Positions 1 through 9,938 of a stretch of DNA of 64,000 nt are shown here, one piece after another. Every line of letters starts with the position of its first letter. Positions within the stretch are counted from its first letter, which is position 1. The stretch covers positions 4,736,001 through 4,800,000 of the forward strand of contig OY762007.1 in NCBI GenBank assembly GCA_963665115.1, given 5' to 3'. The notes under the pieces are model-generated. The model saw only the letters and a program-made list of their open reading frames with translations. It searched no databases and was not told the DNA's origin. Position numbers and translations under genes: made by a program. Source of the DNA: an uncultured Rivularia sp. (GTDB lineage: Bacteria > Cyanobacteriota > Cyanobacteriia > Cyanobacteriales > Nostocaceae).

Positions 1-2
1 AA

Positions 3-413
3 TTACAAGAGTTTAATCGGCAGCAAGTAGAAGATTTAGCGACGAGACATGGTATCAATACCCAAGATAGTTTAATCTCAGAGTTAAGGAGAATGGTAGG
101 AGGACATCCTTACTTGTTACGGTTGGCAATGTATGATGTGGCGATCGCTAAAACAACTTTTGAGGATTTATTACAGTCAGCGACAACAGAAGCGGGAATT
201 TATCGCAATCACCTGCGTTATTTATTAGATATATTACGTTCAGCACCGGATTTAGTAAGAGCTTTGCAACGAGTAGTTAACTCAACTACGGGGGTGGAAT
301 TAGATTCTATGGAAATTTATAAATTATACAGTTTAGGATTGGTGATTCGTGAAAATAATCACGTTACACCAAGGTGTCAGCTATATCGCGATTATTTCCG
401 TCGGGTGTTGTAA
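3..413 (+). CDS. AAA_35-like (STAND-type) NTPase protein, C-terminal part (5' end cut by window edge)
   Basis: Frame is open from position 3 (LQEFNRQQVEDLATRHG...MVGGHPYLLRLA...IYRNHLR...KLYSLGLV...PRCQLYRDYF). GGHPYL and the C-terminal motifs are typical of cyanobacterial AAA_35 proteins. Confidence 0.8.
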   Translation, partial: LQEFNRQQVEDLATRHGINTQDSLISELRRMVGGHPYLLRLAMYDVAIAKTTFEDLLQSATTEAGIYRNHLRYLLDILRSAPDLVRALQRVVNSTTGVELDSMEIYKLYSLGLVIRENNHVTPRCQLYRDYFRRVL

Positions 414-421
414 AAAGCCTT

Positions 422-480
422 GTTCGTAGTTGCGCTTCAGCGCTGAACACTATGAGGAGAGCGCTAAAGCGCAACTACAA
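422..480. repeat. GTAG-type REP doublet (inverted repeat)
   Basis: gtagttgcgcttcagcgct ... agcgctaaagcgcaactac inverted arms between the two AAA genes. Confidence 0.65.
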
Positions 481-502
481 ACATATTTTTGTAATTGTAA
501 TT

Positions 503-3022
503 ATGAGAGCAACCACAACCAATTCCAATTTCTACCAAGTAGGAGCGAGTCTCCCGGTTGATGCTCCCAGTTACGTAAAGCGTCAAGCAGATGAGGAATT
601 TTACCAAAAGTTGCAGGCTGGTAAATTTTGCTACGTCCTCAATTCGCGACAAATGGGTAAGTCGAGCTTGCGGGTGCAGACTATGCAGCGATTACAAAAA
701 GAAGGAACTGTTTGTGCTGCAATTGATTTGACGGGAATTGGTAAGGTAAGTCAACAACAGTGGTATGGGGGAATTGTTTACAACTTATCGGAAAGCTGTC
801 AGTTAGAAGATAAATTTGATTTTGATTGGCAGGAATGGTGGCAAAAACATCAAACTATTCTTTCACCAGTGCAATGTTTGAGTTTATTTATTGAAAAGGT
901 TTTATTAGACAAAATTCAGCAACCAATAGTCATTTTTGTGGATGAAATTGACAAGGTGCTGAGTCAAGATTTTTCCACTGATGATTTTTTTGCACTAATT
1001 CGCTTCTTTCAGAATCAACGGGTTGATAATCCCATTTTTCAACGATTAACTTTTGCTTTATTAGGGGTAGCGACTCCTGGTGATTTGATTCAGAATAAAA
1101 CCCAAACTCCTTTCAATATTGGGGAAGCAATAGAATTACATGGTTTTGAATTTGATGAAGTTGAACCGTTAATTGATGGGTTGGAAGGAATATTTGATAA
1201 TCCTCAACCGATAATGAGATCAATTCTAGATTGGACAGGAGGACAACCATTTCTGACTCAAAAGTTGTGTAAGTTTATGCTAGAGGAGTCTGAGAAAGAT
1301 AATCCCCATTCTGTTAAAGAAGTTGTAAGATCGAGGATTATTGAAAATTGGGAATCTCAGGACGAACCAGAACATTTACGAACTATCAGGGATAGGATTC
1401 TTTCCTCGGAGCAACGAGCGGGATATTTGTTGGAATTGTACCAGCAGATTCAACAACAAGGAGAAATAGCAGCTAAGAAAAATCTTGAATCGAGTGAATT
1501 AAGATTATCCGGTTTAGTTGTTCAAAGAGAAGGTAATTTAAGGGTTTATAATCGAGTTTATCAACAAGTTTTTAATAAAAATTGGGTTGAAACTCAATTA
1601 AAAAATCTGCGTCCTTATTCCGAAAATTTTAGATTTTGGGTAGCTTCTAAAGGTAAAGATGAATCTCGGCTTTTACAAGGAAAGGCTTTAGTAGATGCTG
1701 AAGAATGGGCTAAAGATAAAAGTTTAGGTTATGAAGATAAACAGTTTTTAGCTGCTAGTAGAGAGAAGGAAATTCAAGAGAAAATCGCTGCTGAGAAACA
1801 AGAAGCCCAATTGGAGAGGGAGAGAAAGGATAAGGAAGCAGTAGAAAAGATAAATTTGGTGTTGAGTGAAGCGAATAAGAAAGCTAAACGACGGATTCGG
1901 AGTGGAAGTTTAGTTTTAGTTTTGACTGTATTGGGAGCGATCGCTTCAGTCACTTATGGTGTTAACTTGGTTAACACCATTAGAACAGAAATTGAAAATA
2001 TCAAGAAATCGCAGGAAAATTTTTCAACTCTTGCTGAACTAGGTGCAAAACTTGGAGCTAACGGTAAATCAGATGAAGCAGCTAAGGTAAGAGAACAAGT
2101 AGGTTTAGCTTATCAAGTTCAAGAAAAATTCAAACAGCGTGAACTCACGCAAGCACTGCTGTTTGCTTCTATTAGTACAGCACATCAGCAACTGGAAGAG
2201 TGGGATAAGGCTGAAAAAGCCATTAACCGAAGCTTTAATCTGTTGGAGTCAACAAATCCATCCAAAGCAGAAAATTTACAAACTCAAGTATTTGCTTCCT
2301 TGGTAAAAGCCAATTTACTTACAAATCAAGAAAACAATAAACAACAAGCAATAAATGCTTATACAGCAGCATATAAAACTCTAAAAAATCATCCCAAAGA
2401 AACAAACCCTTTTGAAAACAATCAAATTATTACAACTGAAGATATCGAATCAGTTCATCGAGGATTACTTGAGTTACAGCCAAATCGCGATCAAGATGTT
2501 TGGAATTCTCTCAAAGAACACTTTTATGCTAGATTAGAAAACTCTTTGAAATCAAAAGATTGGAGAGCAGCCGACATCACAACTGATACACTTATGCTCT
2601 TTATTGCTGATAGAGAAAAAGAAAGATATCTCGATATCCCACAAATTGAGAAATTTTCCTGTACTGAACTCAAAAAAATGGATGACTTATGGGTAAAAAA
2701 TTCCAATGGAAATTTTGGTTTCAGCGTGCAAAAGGAAATTTGGGTTAAGACAAAAAATAGATTGGGTGTTAAGCCATCAGATTGGAATGAGAACGACTAT
2801 ATAAATTATTTGCGTTTCGCTAACGCTGTTGGGTGGTACAATATTGGAAACAAGAATGAAAGAGAGTCCGGTTTTGTGGGGTACAATGACTACATAAAGA
2901 CAGTAAAAGATGACCCTCTAAGCCCTAAGATACGAGGAGGGCTACCTCTACCTGGAAGCGACGAAGATTACAAAGCGATGGAGGAGGGGGAGGGAGTTCT
3001 TTTCTCGCGCTGCGACTTGTAA
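503..3022 (+). CDS. AAA_35-like NTPase with coiled coil, one TM helix, helical repeats and C-terminal GUN4-like domain
   Basis: Walker A-like SRQMGKSS, Walker B IVIFVDEID, WTGGQPFLTQK; hydrophobic segment LVLVLTVLGAIASV; GUN4 motifs DWRAADITT, FSCTELKKMDDLWVKNSNGNFGFSVQKEIW. ATG at 503 preferred over GTG 374, which runs through the REP hairpin. Confidence 0.85.
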   Translation: MRATTTNSNFYQVGASLPVDAPSYVKRQADEEFYQKLQAGKFCYVLNSRQMGKSSLRVQTMQRLQKEGTVCAAIDLTGIGKVSQQQWYGGIVYNLSESCQLEDKFDFDWQEWWQKHQTILSPVQCLSLFIEKVLLDKIQQPIVIFVDEIDKVLSQDFSTDDFFALIRFFQNQRVDNPIFQRLTFALLGVATPGDLIQNKTQTPFNIGEAIELHGFEFDEVEPLIDGLEGIFDNPQPIMRSILDWTGGQPFLTQKLCKFMLEESEKDNPHSVKEVVRSRIIENWESQDEPEHLRTIRDRILSSEQRAGYLLELYQQIQQQGEIAAKKNLESSELRLSGLVVQREGNLRVYNRVYQQVFNKNWVETQLKNLRPYSENFRFWVASKGKDESRLLQGKALVDAEEWAKDKSLGYEDKQFLAASREKEIQEKIAAEKQEAQLERERKDKEAVEKINLVLSEANKKAKRRIRSGSLVLVLTVLGAIASVTYGVNLVNTIRTEIENIKKSQENFSTLAELGAKLGANGKSDEAAKVREQVGLAYQVQEKFKQRELTQALLFASISTAHQQLEEWDKAEKAINRSFNLLESTNPSKAENLQTQVFASLVKANLLTNQENNKQQAINAYTAAYKTLKNHPKETNPFENNQIITTEDIESVHRGLLELQPNRDQDVWNSLKEHFYARLENSLKSKDWRAADITTDTLMLFIADREKERYLDIPQIEKFSCTELKKMDDLWVKNSNGNFGFSVQKEIWVKTKNRLGVKPSDWNENDYINYLRFANAVGWYNIGNKNERESGFVGYNDYIKTVKDDPLSPKIRGGLPLPGSDEDYKAMEEGEGVLFSRCDL

Positions 3023-3151
3023 ACTGTAACATATAAGCGTCCCAGTTCTTTATTAAAATTTGTAAATAGAAGTTTTTTTACGAAATCATAGGCTTTTCAA
3101 GAATCCGATACCTGGCACCAAAGTCAATTAACAATTATCAATGTTCAGTTC

Positions 3152-3478
3152 TCAAGCATCATCGAAAAACTGAGCCGCAATTTTGGGGTCATAACAATTA
3201 GCCATCACAAACTTTTCAGCTACCTGGCTCACTTCGCTATCTACAACTTCCCAATCATCCCAAGGTAGTCGCATTTTTCCTGGTAATGTTTTATTCTTCC
3301 TCTTACCCTTCGCTACTTTTGGCAGCAACTTATACTGTTTCACGAAATTATTGATACAAATGGAAATATATGGAGACGTTGCAGTGCAACGTCTCTACAC
3401 AGTTTATATGTATCATGATTAATGTGAAATGGTATTACTTCCCCAGTGGTAGTTTTTCTCAGGTTTGGGTTTCAGTTT
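3152..3478 (-). pseudogene. 3' remnant of a probable IS200/RAYT-like transposase, interrupted by a MITE
   Basis: Removing 3333-3437 rejoins KPKPEKNYHWGS|KLLPKVAKGK...LPWDDW...VAEKFVMANCYDP. I recall this as the C-terminus of cyanobacterial Y1-type transposases; not verified by search. Confidence 0.5.
3333..3434. mobile_element. 102-bp MITE with imperfect terminal inverted repeats and TTA target duplication
   Basis: Ends tactgtttcac...tgataca / tgtatca...gtgaaatggta; TTA at 3330-3332 and 3435-3437; central palindrome agacgttgca-g-tgcaacgtct. Confidence 0.75.
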
Positions 3479-3542
3479 GTAGTCAAGCATGGCAGCAAAT
3501 GGCATAAACTGCCATAATAAAGTTAAATAGTTTGAGCTAACC

Positions 3543-3815
3543 ATGAAAAGTATTAATATTTCTCTACCGGATACGATGCGTGCTTACATAGAGAAGCAGG
3601 TTGCAGGTGGTGGTTATAGTACTATTAGCGAATATTTCCGTGAGTTAGTGCGTCAAGACCAAAAACGTCAAGAGAAGGAACGTTTAGAGACTTTATTGCT
3701 AGAAGGATTAAATTCTGGAAGTGCAACACCATTAACTGAACAAGATTGGGATGATATTCGTCAAGCGGTGCAATCAAAAGTTCAAGGGGACAAAGGTTTA
3801 AATACCAATGGGTAA
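3543..3815 (+). CDS. parD: ParD-family (RHH) antitoxin
   Basis: MKSINISLPD...VAGGGYSTISEYFRELVRQDQ...LLLEGLNSG; overlaps the downstream toxin gene. Confidence 0.85.
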   Translation: MKSINISLPDTMRAYIEKQVAGGGYSTISEYFRELVRQDQKRQEKERLETLLLEGLNSGSATPLTEQDWDDIRQAVQSKVQGDKGLNTNG

Positions 3816-4137
3816 TGTTTATAAACATCCCCAGGTTATCCGTGACTTAATTGATTTAGCGACTTATATTGCTGCTGATAATATGGATGTTTCGGATAAA
3901 TTCTTGGCTGCTGCTGAAGAAACTTTTAAACTGTTAGCTCAAACGCCAAAAATGGGCAGGGTACGCGAGTTTGATAATCCCAATTTAGCTAATGTTCGTC
4001 AACAACCAATTAAGGGTTTTAGAAATTATTTAGTCTTTTATCGGACAAGAGATACTGATATAGAAATTTTGAGAGTTCTACATGGTCGAAGAGATATTAA
4101 TGCTATTTTAGATGAAGACTTAGGAGAAGAAAGTTAG
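3808..4137 (+). CDS. parE: ParE/RelE-family toxin
   Basis: DLIDLATYIA...LAQTPKMG...YLVFYR...IEILRVLHGRRDI; 8-nt overlap with the antitoxin. Confidence 0.85.
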   Translation: MGNVYKHPQVIRDLIDLATYIAADNMDVSDKFLAAAEETFKLLAQTPKMGRVREFDNPNLANVRQQPIKGFRNYLVFYRTRDTDIEILRVLHGRRDINAILDEDLGEES

Positions 4138-4170
4138 CTAAAACTTGATTAAGTTTGTAGTTTGTAGTTA

Positions 4171-4371
4171 GTAGGTTGGGTTAGACACGGAAGCCAATTT
4201 AACTTGTAACGAGAATTTATCTTAATCGTATCGTAACCCAACATTACAGTTGTCAATTTAGGATGAGAATCTAAAATCTTGTAAAATAACTCGGATTAGA
4301 TGTTGGGTTACGGCGCAAGTAAAAATTATCTATTAAAAACTTTACCTTTTGGTGCGCCTAACCCAACCTAC
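4171..4371. mobile_element. REPIN/MITE-like element with nested inverted repeats
   Basis: 14-bp terminal IR gtaggttgggttag / ctaacccaacctac plus internal cgtaacccaaca / tgttgggttacg; related copy at 7191-7396. Confidence 0.7.
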
Positions 4372-4445
4372 GAAATCATTAACAACTAACAACTAACTCT
4401 CAGTCTGCGCTACTGTAATAGTTGAAGTCTTATAAATAATTTCCC

Positions 4446-5786
4446 GTGCTGCACTGTAAATATCCAGGTGTATTTTTAAGTTTGGCTGTCTTACTCTCAA
4501 CCTTAACGGGTTGTGCAAATGCTCCCTTTGCAAAAAATCTTGAGCAATCTTTGCAAGCTGATTCTAGACTCGAAGATAACCCAGCTATTTTCGGTGCGAA
4601 ACAAGTAAGCAGCACTCCCTCACCGTCTGCAAAAACTTTACCTGCTGATTTTCCTAAAGAAATTCCTATATATCCCAACGCACAATTACAATCAGTTAAC
4701 CCAAGTAGCAATAATACTGGTAAAACATCTGCTCGCTTCTCTAGTTCAGATCCTAGTAATTTTATAGCTGATTTTTATCGCAAAGAATTTAGATCGAATA
4801 AATGGGAAGTTATAAAATCACCTACTGATGGGCAAGGAGAATTTGAAGCAGAGCGTAATAATTCAGAAATTAAAGTTGCTATCGAACCGAAAACTGTCAC
4901 AAACCCACAACCAAACCAACCCCAAACAACTACTGAATTGGTAATTGAGTATTCACCTAGTACCACAGCGCAAACTACATCAACTCCAACTGCTTCAAAC
5001 ACAACAAACCCGGATTTTATCGGCCCCATACAGCCTGAAAATACAGCGAATCTACCACCACAAACTACCCCTCAAACAATTGAGTCGAAGGAATTTGACG
5101 ATATAAACAAAGCACCTCAACAATTACAGCCATATATTCAGGATTTAGCAACATTAGGTGTTGTTACTGCTCCAACTAATACTGCTAAAACTAATAATCC
5201 TGCAAACCAATTTCAACCCAATACAAATATTACTCGTCGGGAATATGCTCGTTGGTTAGCTACTGCTAATAACGCAATACACGCCAATTCACCTTCCAAG
5301 CAAATTCGCTTAGCTAGTGAAAATAATAAAAGTGCTTTTAGCGATGTGAAAAATACAGATCCAGATTTTGGTGCAATTCAAGGATTAGCCGAAGCTGGAT
5401 TAATTCCTAGTGCCTTATCCGGTGATTCTACCCAAGTATTATTTCGTCCCGATGCACCTTTAACCCGAGAACAAATGCTTTTGTGGAAAATTCCTTTGGA
5501 TACCCGTCAAGGTTTACCGAATGCTTCCATAGATACAGTTAAACAAACTTGGGGTTTTCAAGATACAGGAAAAATCGACCCCAAAGCCTTACGAGCAGTA
5601 ATTGCAGATTATCAAAATGGCGAAAATTCAAACATTCGTAGAGTATTCGGCTACACAACATTATTTCAACCAAAAAAAGCTGTAACTCGCGCTGAATCTG
5701 CTGCTGCTTTATGGTATTTCGGTACAGAAGGTGAAGGAATATCGGCAAAAGAAGCTTTGAAATTAAGTCAGGGGAATGGGGAATAG
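4446..5786 (+). CDS. S-layer homology domain lipoprotein
   Basis: Lipobox LTGC; SLH motifs FQPNTNITRREYA, FSDV...IQGLAEAGLI, FRPDAPLTRE, FQPKKAVTRAESA. Confidence 0.85.
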   Translation: MLHCKYPGVFLSLAVLLSTLTGCANAPFAKNLEQSLQADSRLEDNPAIFGAKQVSSTPSPSAKTLPADFPKEIPIYPNAQLQSVNPSSNNTGKTSARFSSSDPSNFIADFYRKEFRSNKWEVIKSPTDGQGEFEAERNNSEIKVAIEPKTVTNPQPNQPQTTTELVIEYSPSTTAQTTSTPTASNTTNPDFIGPIQPENTANLPPQTTPQTIESKEFDDINKAPQQLQPYIQDLATLGVVTAPTNTAKTNNPANQFQPNTNITRREYARWLATANNAIHANSPSKQIRLASENNKSAFSDVKNTDPDFGAIQGLAEAGLIPSALSGDSTQVLFRPDAPLTREQMLLWKIPLDTRQGLPNASIDTVKQTWGFQDTGKIDPKALRAVIADYQNGENSNIRRVFGYTTLFQPKKAVTRAESAAALWYFGTEGEGISAKEALKLSQGNGE

Positions 5787-6104
5787 GTAATTTGTAATTG
5801 TTAATAGCAACGCCAGAATATCAATAAAAAGCTATTTCAATTAAAGTTGTAAATATCGGAATATACTTAGAGCGTTAGTAATATTCCGCAATTATGCAAA
5901 AAATATAAATATTTAACTATATCTTCATAAAATATTTGTTAATTATAAAAACCTTATAAGGATATAATTGCTGAGTAATTATACGGTTATCTATATAATA
6001 TTAATAAAAAATCTATAACTGCGTAAAAGTGTTGACAGAATAGGCTTTAAAATTCCTCTTTTGCTTGCAGTGGTTTGCGTAATATCCTAATCAACAGTAA
6101 TACT

Positions 6105-7160
6105 ATGAAAAAAGCATTCGCAACGGCAGGATTTGTTCTCTTCTCATTTATGCTGCCTTGCAAAGCAATGGCTAGCAATTTTAGTCAATTCTACGTATTT
6201 GGCGATAGCCTTTCAGATACAGGTAATTTATTTAATGCTACGGGAGGTTTAGAAAATCCCGAAAGTGCATTTCCTCCCAGCCCTCCTTACTCTGAAGGAC
6301 GTTTTTCTAATGGTGATATATGGGTAAATTTTGTTGGAGACGAGATAGGATTAACTCCAACTACATTCATACCACCGCAAACAAATATTCCTACAGATGG
6401 TGTTAACTTCGCTGTTGGTGGTTCTTCTTCTGGTTTAAATAACGCTTTTTTCCCAGATTTACCTTTACCGGGAGTTTTAGGACAAGTCGGCTTATTTACC
6501 CAAACCTTACAAGCAAATAATCAAAAAGCAGACCCAAATGCACTTTATACCGTGTGGGGAGGTGCCAATGATTACTTATTTGGTGGTGAAACAGACCCCA
6601 ATCAAACAGTCAGCAATTTATCAAATGCGGTTGGAGCCTTGACTCAAGCAGGTGCTAAGAATATTGCGGTATTTAACTTACCAGATTTAGGTAAAACTCC
6701 ATTTGCGATACGCGAAGCGTCAAGCCCTGGGCTTATCGCCAACAACTCTTTCGCACAATTGTCTCAACTTACCAACGCTCATAACGCAGCCTTAGAGAAA
6801 GCTTTGAAAAATTTGAGTGCTAATCCAGATGTTAATATTATTCCTGTTAACATCAATTCTCTACTGAATCGAGCAGTAGCCAATCCAGGAGAATTTGGTT
6901 TTACACAAAATCCAGCTATTCCTTGTGTCGTAGGAGACTTCAATAATATTAGTAGCGTATGCGATAATCCTGATGAATTTATCTTCTTCGATGCAGTGCA
7001 TCCAAGTTCAAAAAGTCATCGCTTAGTAGCAGATGCAACGCTGAGTGCAATCAAGCATGAAACTGTACCCGAACCTTCCACAATATTAAGTATGTTAGCT
7101 ATTGGTGCTATAGGTACGGTAGGAGTATTGAAGCGCAAACGCACAAAATTATTGCGATAA
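6105..7160 (+). CDS. SGNH/GDSL lipase-family protein with PEP-CTERM sorting domain
   Basis: FGDSLSD, GRFSNG, GANDY, DAVHPS; C-terminal VPEPSTIL-TM-KRKR. ATG at 6105 preferred over TTG 6075. Confidence 0.9.
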   Translation: MKKAFATAGFVLFSFMLPCKAMASNFSQFYVFGDSLSDTGNLFNATGGLENPESAFPPSPPYSEGRFSNGDIWVNFVGDEIGLTPTTFIPPQTNIPTDGVNFAVGGSSSGLNNAFFPDLPLPGVLGQVGLFTQTLQANNQKADPNALYTVWGGANDYLFGGETDPNQTVSNLSNAVGALTQAGAKNIAVFNLPDLGKTPFAIREASSPGLIANNSFAQLSQLTNAHNAALEKALKNLSANPDVNIIPVNINSLLNRAVANPGEFGFTQNPAIPCVVGDFNNISSVCDNPDEFIFFDAVHPSSKSHRLVADATLSAIKHETVPEPSTILSMLAIGAIGTVGVLKRKRTKLLR

Positions 7161-7190
7161 TGTGTATTAATGCCGACGAAATTTTAGATA

Positions 7191-7396
7191 TTAGGTTGGC
7201 TTTGCGGCGTATTTATAAGTATGGCTTTTTACAAATATTTAGTTGAAGCGCCGTAACCCAACATTGCAATTTTTGTATTTTATAAGTATTTAGTAGTCAC
7301 GATAATTTTGAGGGTTAATACATCGGTGGGTTACGACACGATATTATATATTGTCGTTACAACTAAAATTTATTTTTCGCGTCTAACCCAATCTAC
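7191..7396. mobile_element. Degenerate second copy of the 4171-4371 REPIN-like element
   Basis: taggttgg...cgtaacccaaca...gggttacg...ctaacccaatctac; similar length (about 200 bp). Confidence 0.6.
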
Positions 7397-7413
7397 CAAT
7401 CAAAAATTAATTA

Positions 7414-8457
7414 ATGCCAGATTACGACCAATTATTTAAAACAATTGAAGAATTAGTAATGCATCATTCTCCTAGTGGTGCAGAAACTGAAATTAATCAA
7501 TATTTAATGCAGCGATTTACGGCTTTAGGGGTAGAAGTATGGCAAGATAGAGCCGATAATATTATTGCCAAAATTCCGGGAAAAACAAGCGAATATCCGA
7601 TTGCAATTACCGCTCATAAAGATGAAATTGGCGCAATTGTCAAAACTGTTGGTGAAGCAGGTAGAGTTGAAGTTCGTAAATTAGGAGGTGCTTTTCCCTG
7701 GGTTTACGGTGAAGGTGTCGTAGATTTATTAGGCGATAAAGAAACCATTCACGGTGTTCTTAGTTTTGGTTCCCGTCACGTATCTCACGAATCACCACAA
7801 AAAAAGTTTCACCAAGATGTTGCATTGAAATGGGAAGATGCTTGGATTGAAACTAAATGCAGCACTTTAGAGTTAGAAAATGCCGGGATTCGTCCGGGAA
7901 CTCGAATGGTTATAAGTAAGCACCGCAAGCATCCCATTCGTTTAAAAGATTATATTGCTAGCTACACTTTAGATAATAAAGCTTCGGTGACTATACTATT
8001 AGCTTTAGCAGAAAACATAAAACAGCCAGCAGTAGATGTATATTTAGTAGCTTCCGCAAAAGAAGAAGTCGGAGCAATTGGAGCGCTTTATTTTTCTCAA
8101 AATCAGCGATTAGATGCAATGATTGCTTTAGAAATTTGTCCGCTTAGTAACGAATACCCGATAGAAGACGGTGAAAACCCGGTGATACTTTCCCAAGACA
8201 GTTACGGAATTTACGATGAAAATCTCAACGGACAACTTCGCGATTGTGCGAAAAAAATAGATATGTCCGTACAGTTAGCAACTTTGAGCCAATTTGGTAG
8301 CGACGCTTCCATTGCCATGAAATTCGGTCATGTTCCCCGTGGTGCTTGTTTAAGCTTTCCAACTCAAAACACCCACGGATATGAAATTGCACATTTAGGG
8401 GCGATCGCCAACTGTATCGATTTATTAAAAGAATTTTGTGAAACTGAGTATGGATAG
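7414..8457 (+). CDS. M42-family metallopeptidase
   Basis: HSPSGAE, AHKDEIG, TLDNK, KEEVG, THGYE metal-ligand motifs. Confidence 0.85.
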   Translation: MPDYDQLFKTIEELVMHHSPSGAETEINQYLMQRFTALGVEVWQDRADNIIAKIPGKTSEYPIAITAHKDEIGAIVKTVGEAGRVEVRKLGGAFPWVYGEGVVDLLGDKETIHGVLSFGSRHVSHESPQKKFHQDVALKWEDAWIETKCSTLELENAGIRPGTRMVISKHRKHPIRLKDYIASYTLDNKASVTILLALAENIKQPAVDVYLVASAKEEVGAIGALYFSQNQRLDAMIALEICPLSNEYPIEDGENPVILSQDSYGIYDENLNGQLRDCAKKIDMSVQLATLSQFGSDASIAMKFGHVPRGACLSFPTQNTHGYEIAHLGAIANCIDLLKEFCETEYG

Positions 8458-8629
8458 TGGAATTTGGATAGTTGTTAGTAAATAGTGGTTAGTGGTTAGT
8501 GGTTAGTGGATAGTAGAAAAAAACAAATACAACCAACAACTAATTAAGTAACAATGTATTAACCCTCTGAGCTTCAGAGCCGCAATTATCTACAATTAAT
8601 ACAGAGAAAATTAGAACAAACATTTTTAT

Positions 8630-9095
8630 ATGTTGAAAAGCATTGCTGAAGTGATGACTCGCGAGCCAATAACGGTTAAGGCTGAAACTCCTTTGCGCGA
8701 AGCAATTAAAATTCTTGCCGAAAAACGGATTAGCGGCTTACCTGTTGTGGATGATGCAGGTAATTTAATAGGCATTATTTCGGAAACGGACTTGATGTGG
8801 CAACAAGCTGGTGTTACCCCACCGGCATACTTTATGATTTTTGATAGCGTTATTTATTTAAAAAATCCTGTTGAATACGAACGCGAGTTACATAAAGCTT
8901 TGGGGACAAACCGTTGGGGAAGTCATGAGTGAAAAACCCGTTACTATTTCACCCGACAAACCTTTGAGAGAAGCTGCGAAAATAATGCGCGATCGCAAAA
9001 TTCATCGTCTCCCAGTTGTCGATGATTCTGAGAAAGTAATCGGAATGTTGTCATTAAGCGACATTATTCGTGATATGGCACAATCTCAAGCATAG
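8630..9095 (+). CDS. CBS-domain-pair protein, split by a +1 G frameshift at 8902-8905 (probably an artefact)
   Basis: ISGLPVVD in the first ORF and IHRLPVVD in the second; deleting one G restores HKALGQTVGEVMS. Confidence 0.85.
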
Positions 9096-9139
9096 TTAGT
9101 AGATAGTGGTTAGTGGATAGTTGAAATTTAACTTCTAAT

Positions 9140-9175
9140 AATTAACAACTAACAACTAACAACTAACAATTAATA
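9140..9175 (+). repeat. STRR heptamer tandem repeat (ACAACTA)n; related arrays near 8460-8545, 9890-9938, 14150-14180, 19120-19180, 24005-24031, 25548-25580
   Basis: Visible 7-nt periodicity in intergenic DNA, typical of Nostocales. Confidence 0.75.
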
Positions 9176-9206
9176 ACGAATAATTTAATAACCAAGAATA
9201 ACTAAT

Positions 9207-9857
9207 ATGAGTATTACTCCAGATTCCGTAAAGAAACAGCTAGAAAGCGAAGATTTGGGCGATCGATTGCGGGGAGTGAATGAAATCCGGGAATTGGAAC
9301 CAGCAATTGGTTTTGAATTAATTCAAAGTGCAATTACAGATCAAAACGCTCGCGTGCGATATTCTGCTGTAAGTCAGTTCGATACTTTGGGTACGCAAGA
9401 TTTAGATAAATCTCTAAATTTGTTACGGGGATTGCTTCAAGATCCTGAAGCTGATGTCAAAGCAGCAGCAGCAGACTGTTTGGGAGGGCTGAAATTAGTC
9501 GCCGCTTTTGACGATTTGCAACAACTTTATCAAACTACAGGTGATTGGATTATCAAATTAAGCGTAGTTGCTGCTTTAGGTGAGTTAGGTGAACCACGGG
9601 GTTTTGAAATACTTAAGCAAGCGCTCACGGAAGATAACGATTTGGTGAAAACTGCTGCAATTAGCTCTATGGGAGAATTAGGAAATACCGAAGCAGTATC
9701 GATTTTAGCTCCCTATGCTTCAGATTCCGATTGGCAAATTCGTTACAGAGTGGCTCAGGCTTTGAATCGGTTGGGTACTCCTGAAACTAAACCTATTTTA
9801 GAAAGTTTGGCGAATGATCAAGTTGAAGCAGTTGCACAAGAAGCAAAGAAAAACTGA
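9207..9857 (+). CDS. nblB: Phycobilisome degradation protein NblB (HEAT/PBS-lyase repeats)
   Basis: MSITPDSVK..LESEDLGDRL; ARVRYSAVSQ; DWQIRYRVAQAL HEAT repeats; adjacent to a CBS gene. Confidence 0.8.
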   Translation: MSITPDSVKKQLESEDLGDRLRGVNEIRELEPAIGFELIQSAITDQNARVRYSAVSQFDTLGTQDLDKSLNLLRGLLQDPEADVKAAAADCLGGLKLVAAFDDLQQLYQTTGDWIIKLSVVAALGELGEPRGFEILKQALTEDNDLVKTAAISSMGELGNTEAVSILAPYASDSDWQIRYRVAQALNRLGTPETKPILESLANDQVEAVAQEAKKN

Positions 9858-9938
9858 TGGTGGTTAGTAGATAGTGATTAGTAGAAAAATTCACAACTAA
9901 CAACCAACAACCAACAACTAACAACTAACAATTAACCA

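Noticed and set aside
374..502. N-terminal extension of the AAA/GUN4 ORF
   Set aside because: It overlaps the upstream gene and crosses a REP hairpin; ATG 503 fits the family start.
2500..3100. Classical DGR target/template
   Set aside because: No reverse transcriptase and no second near-identical copy differing at adenines in this window.
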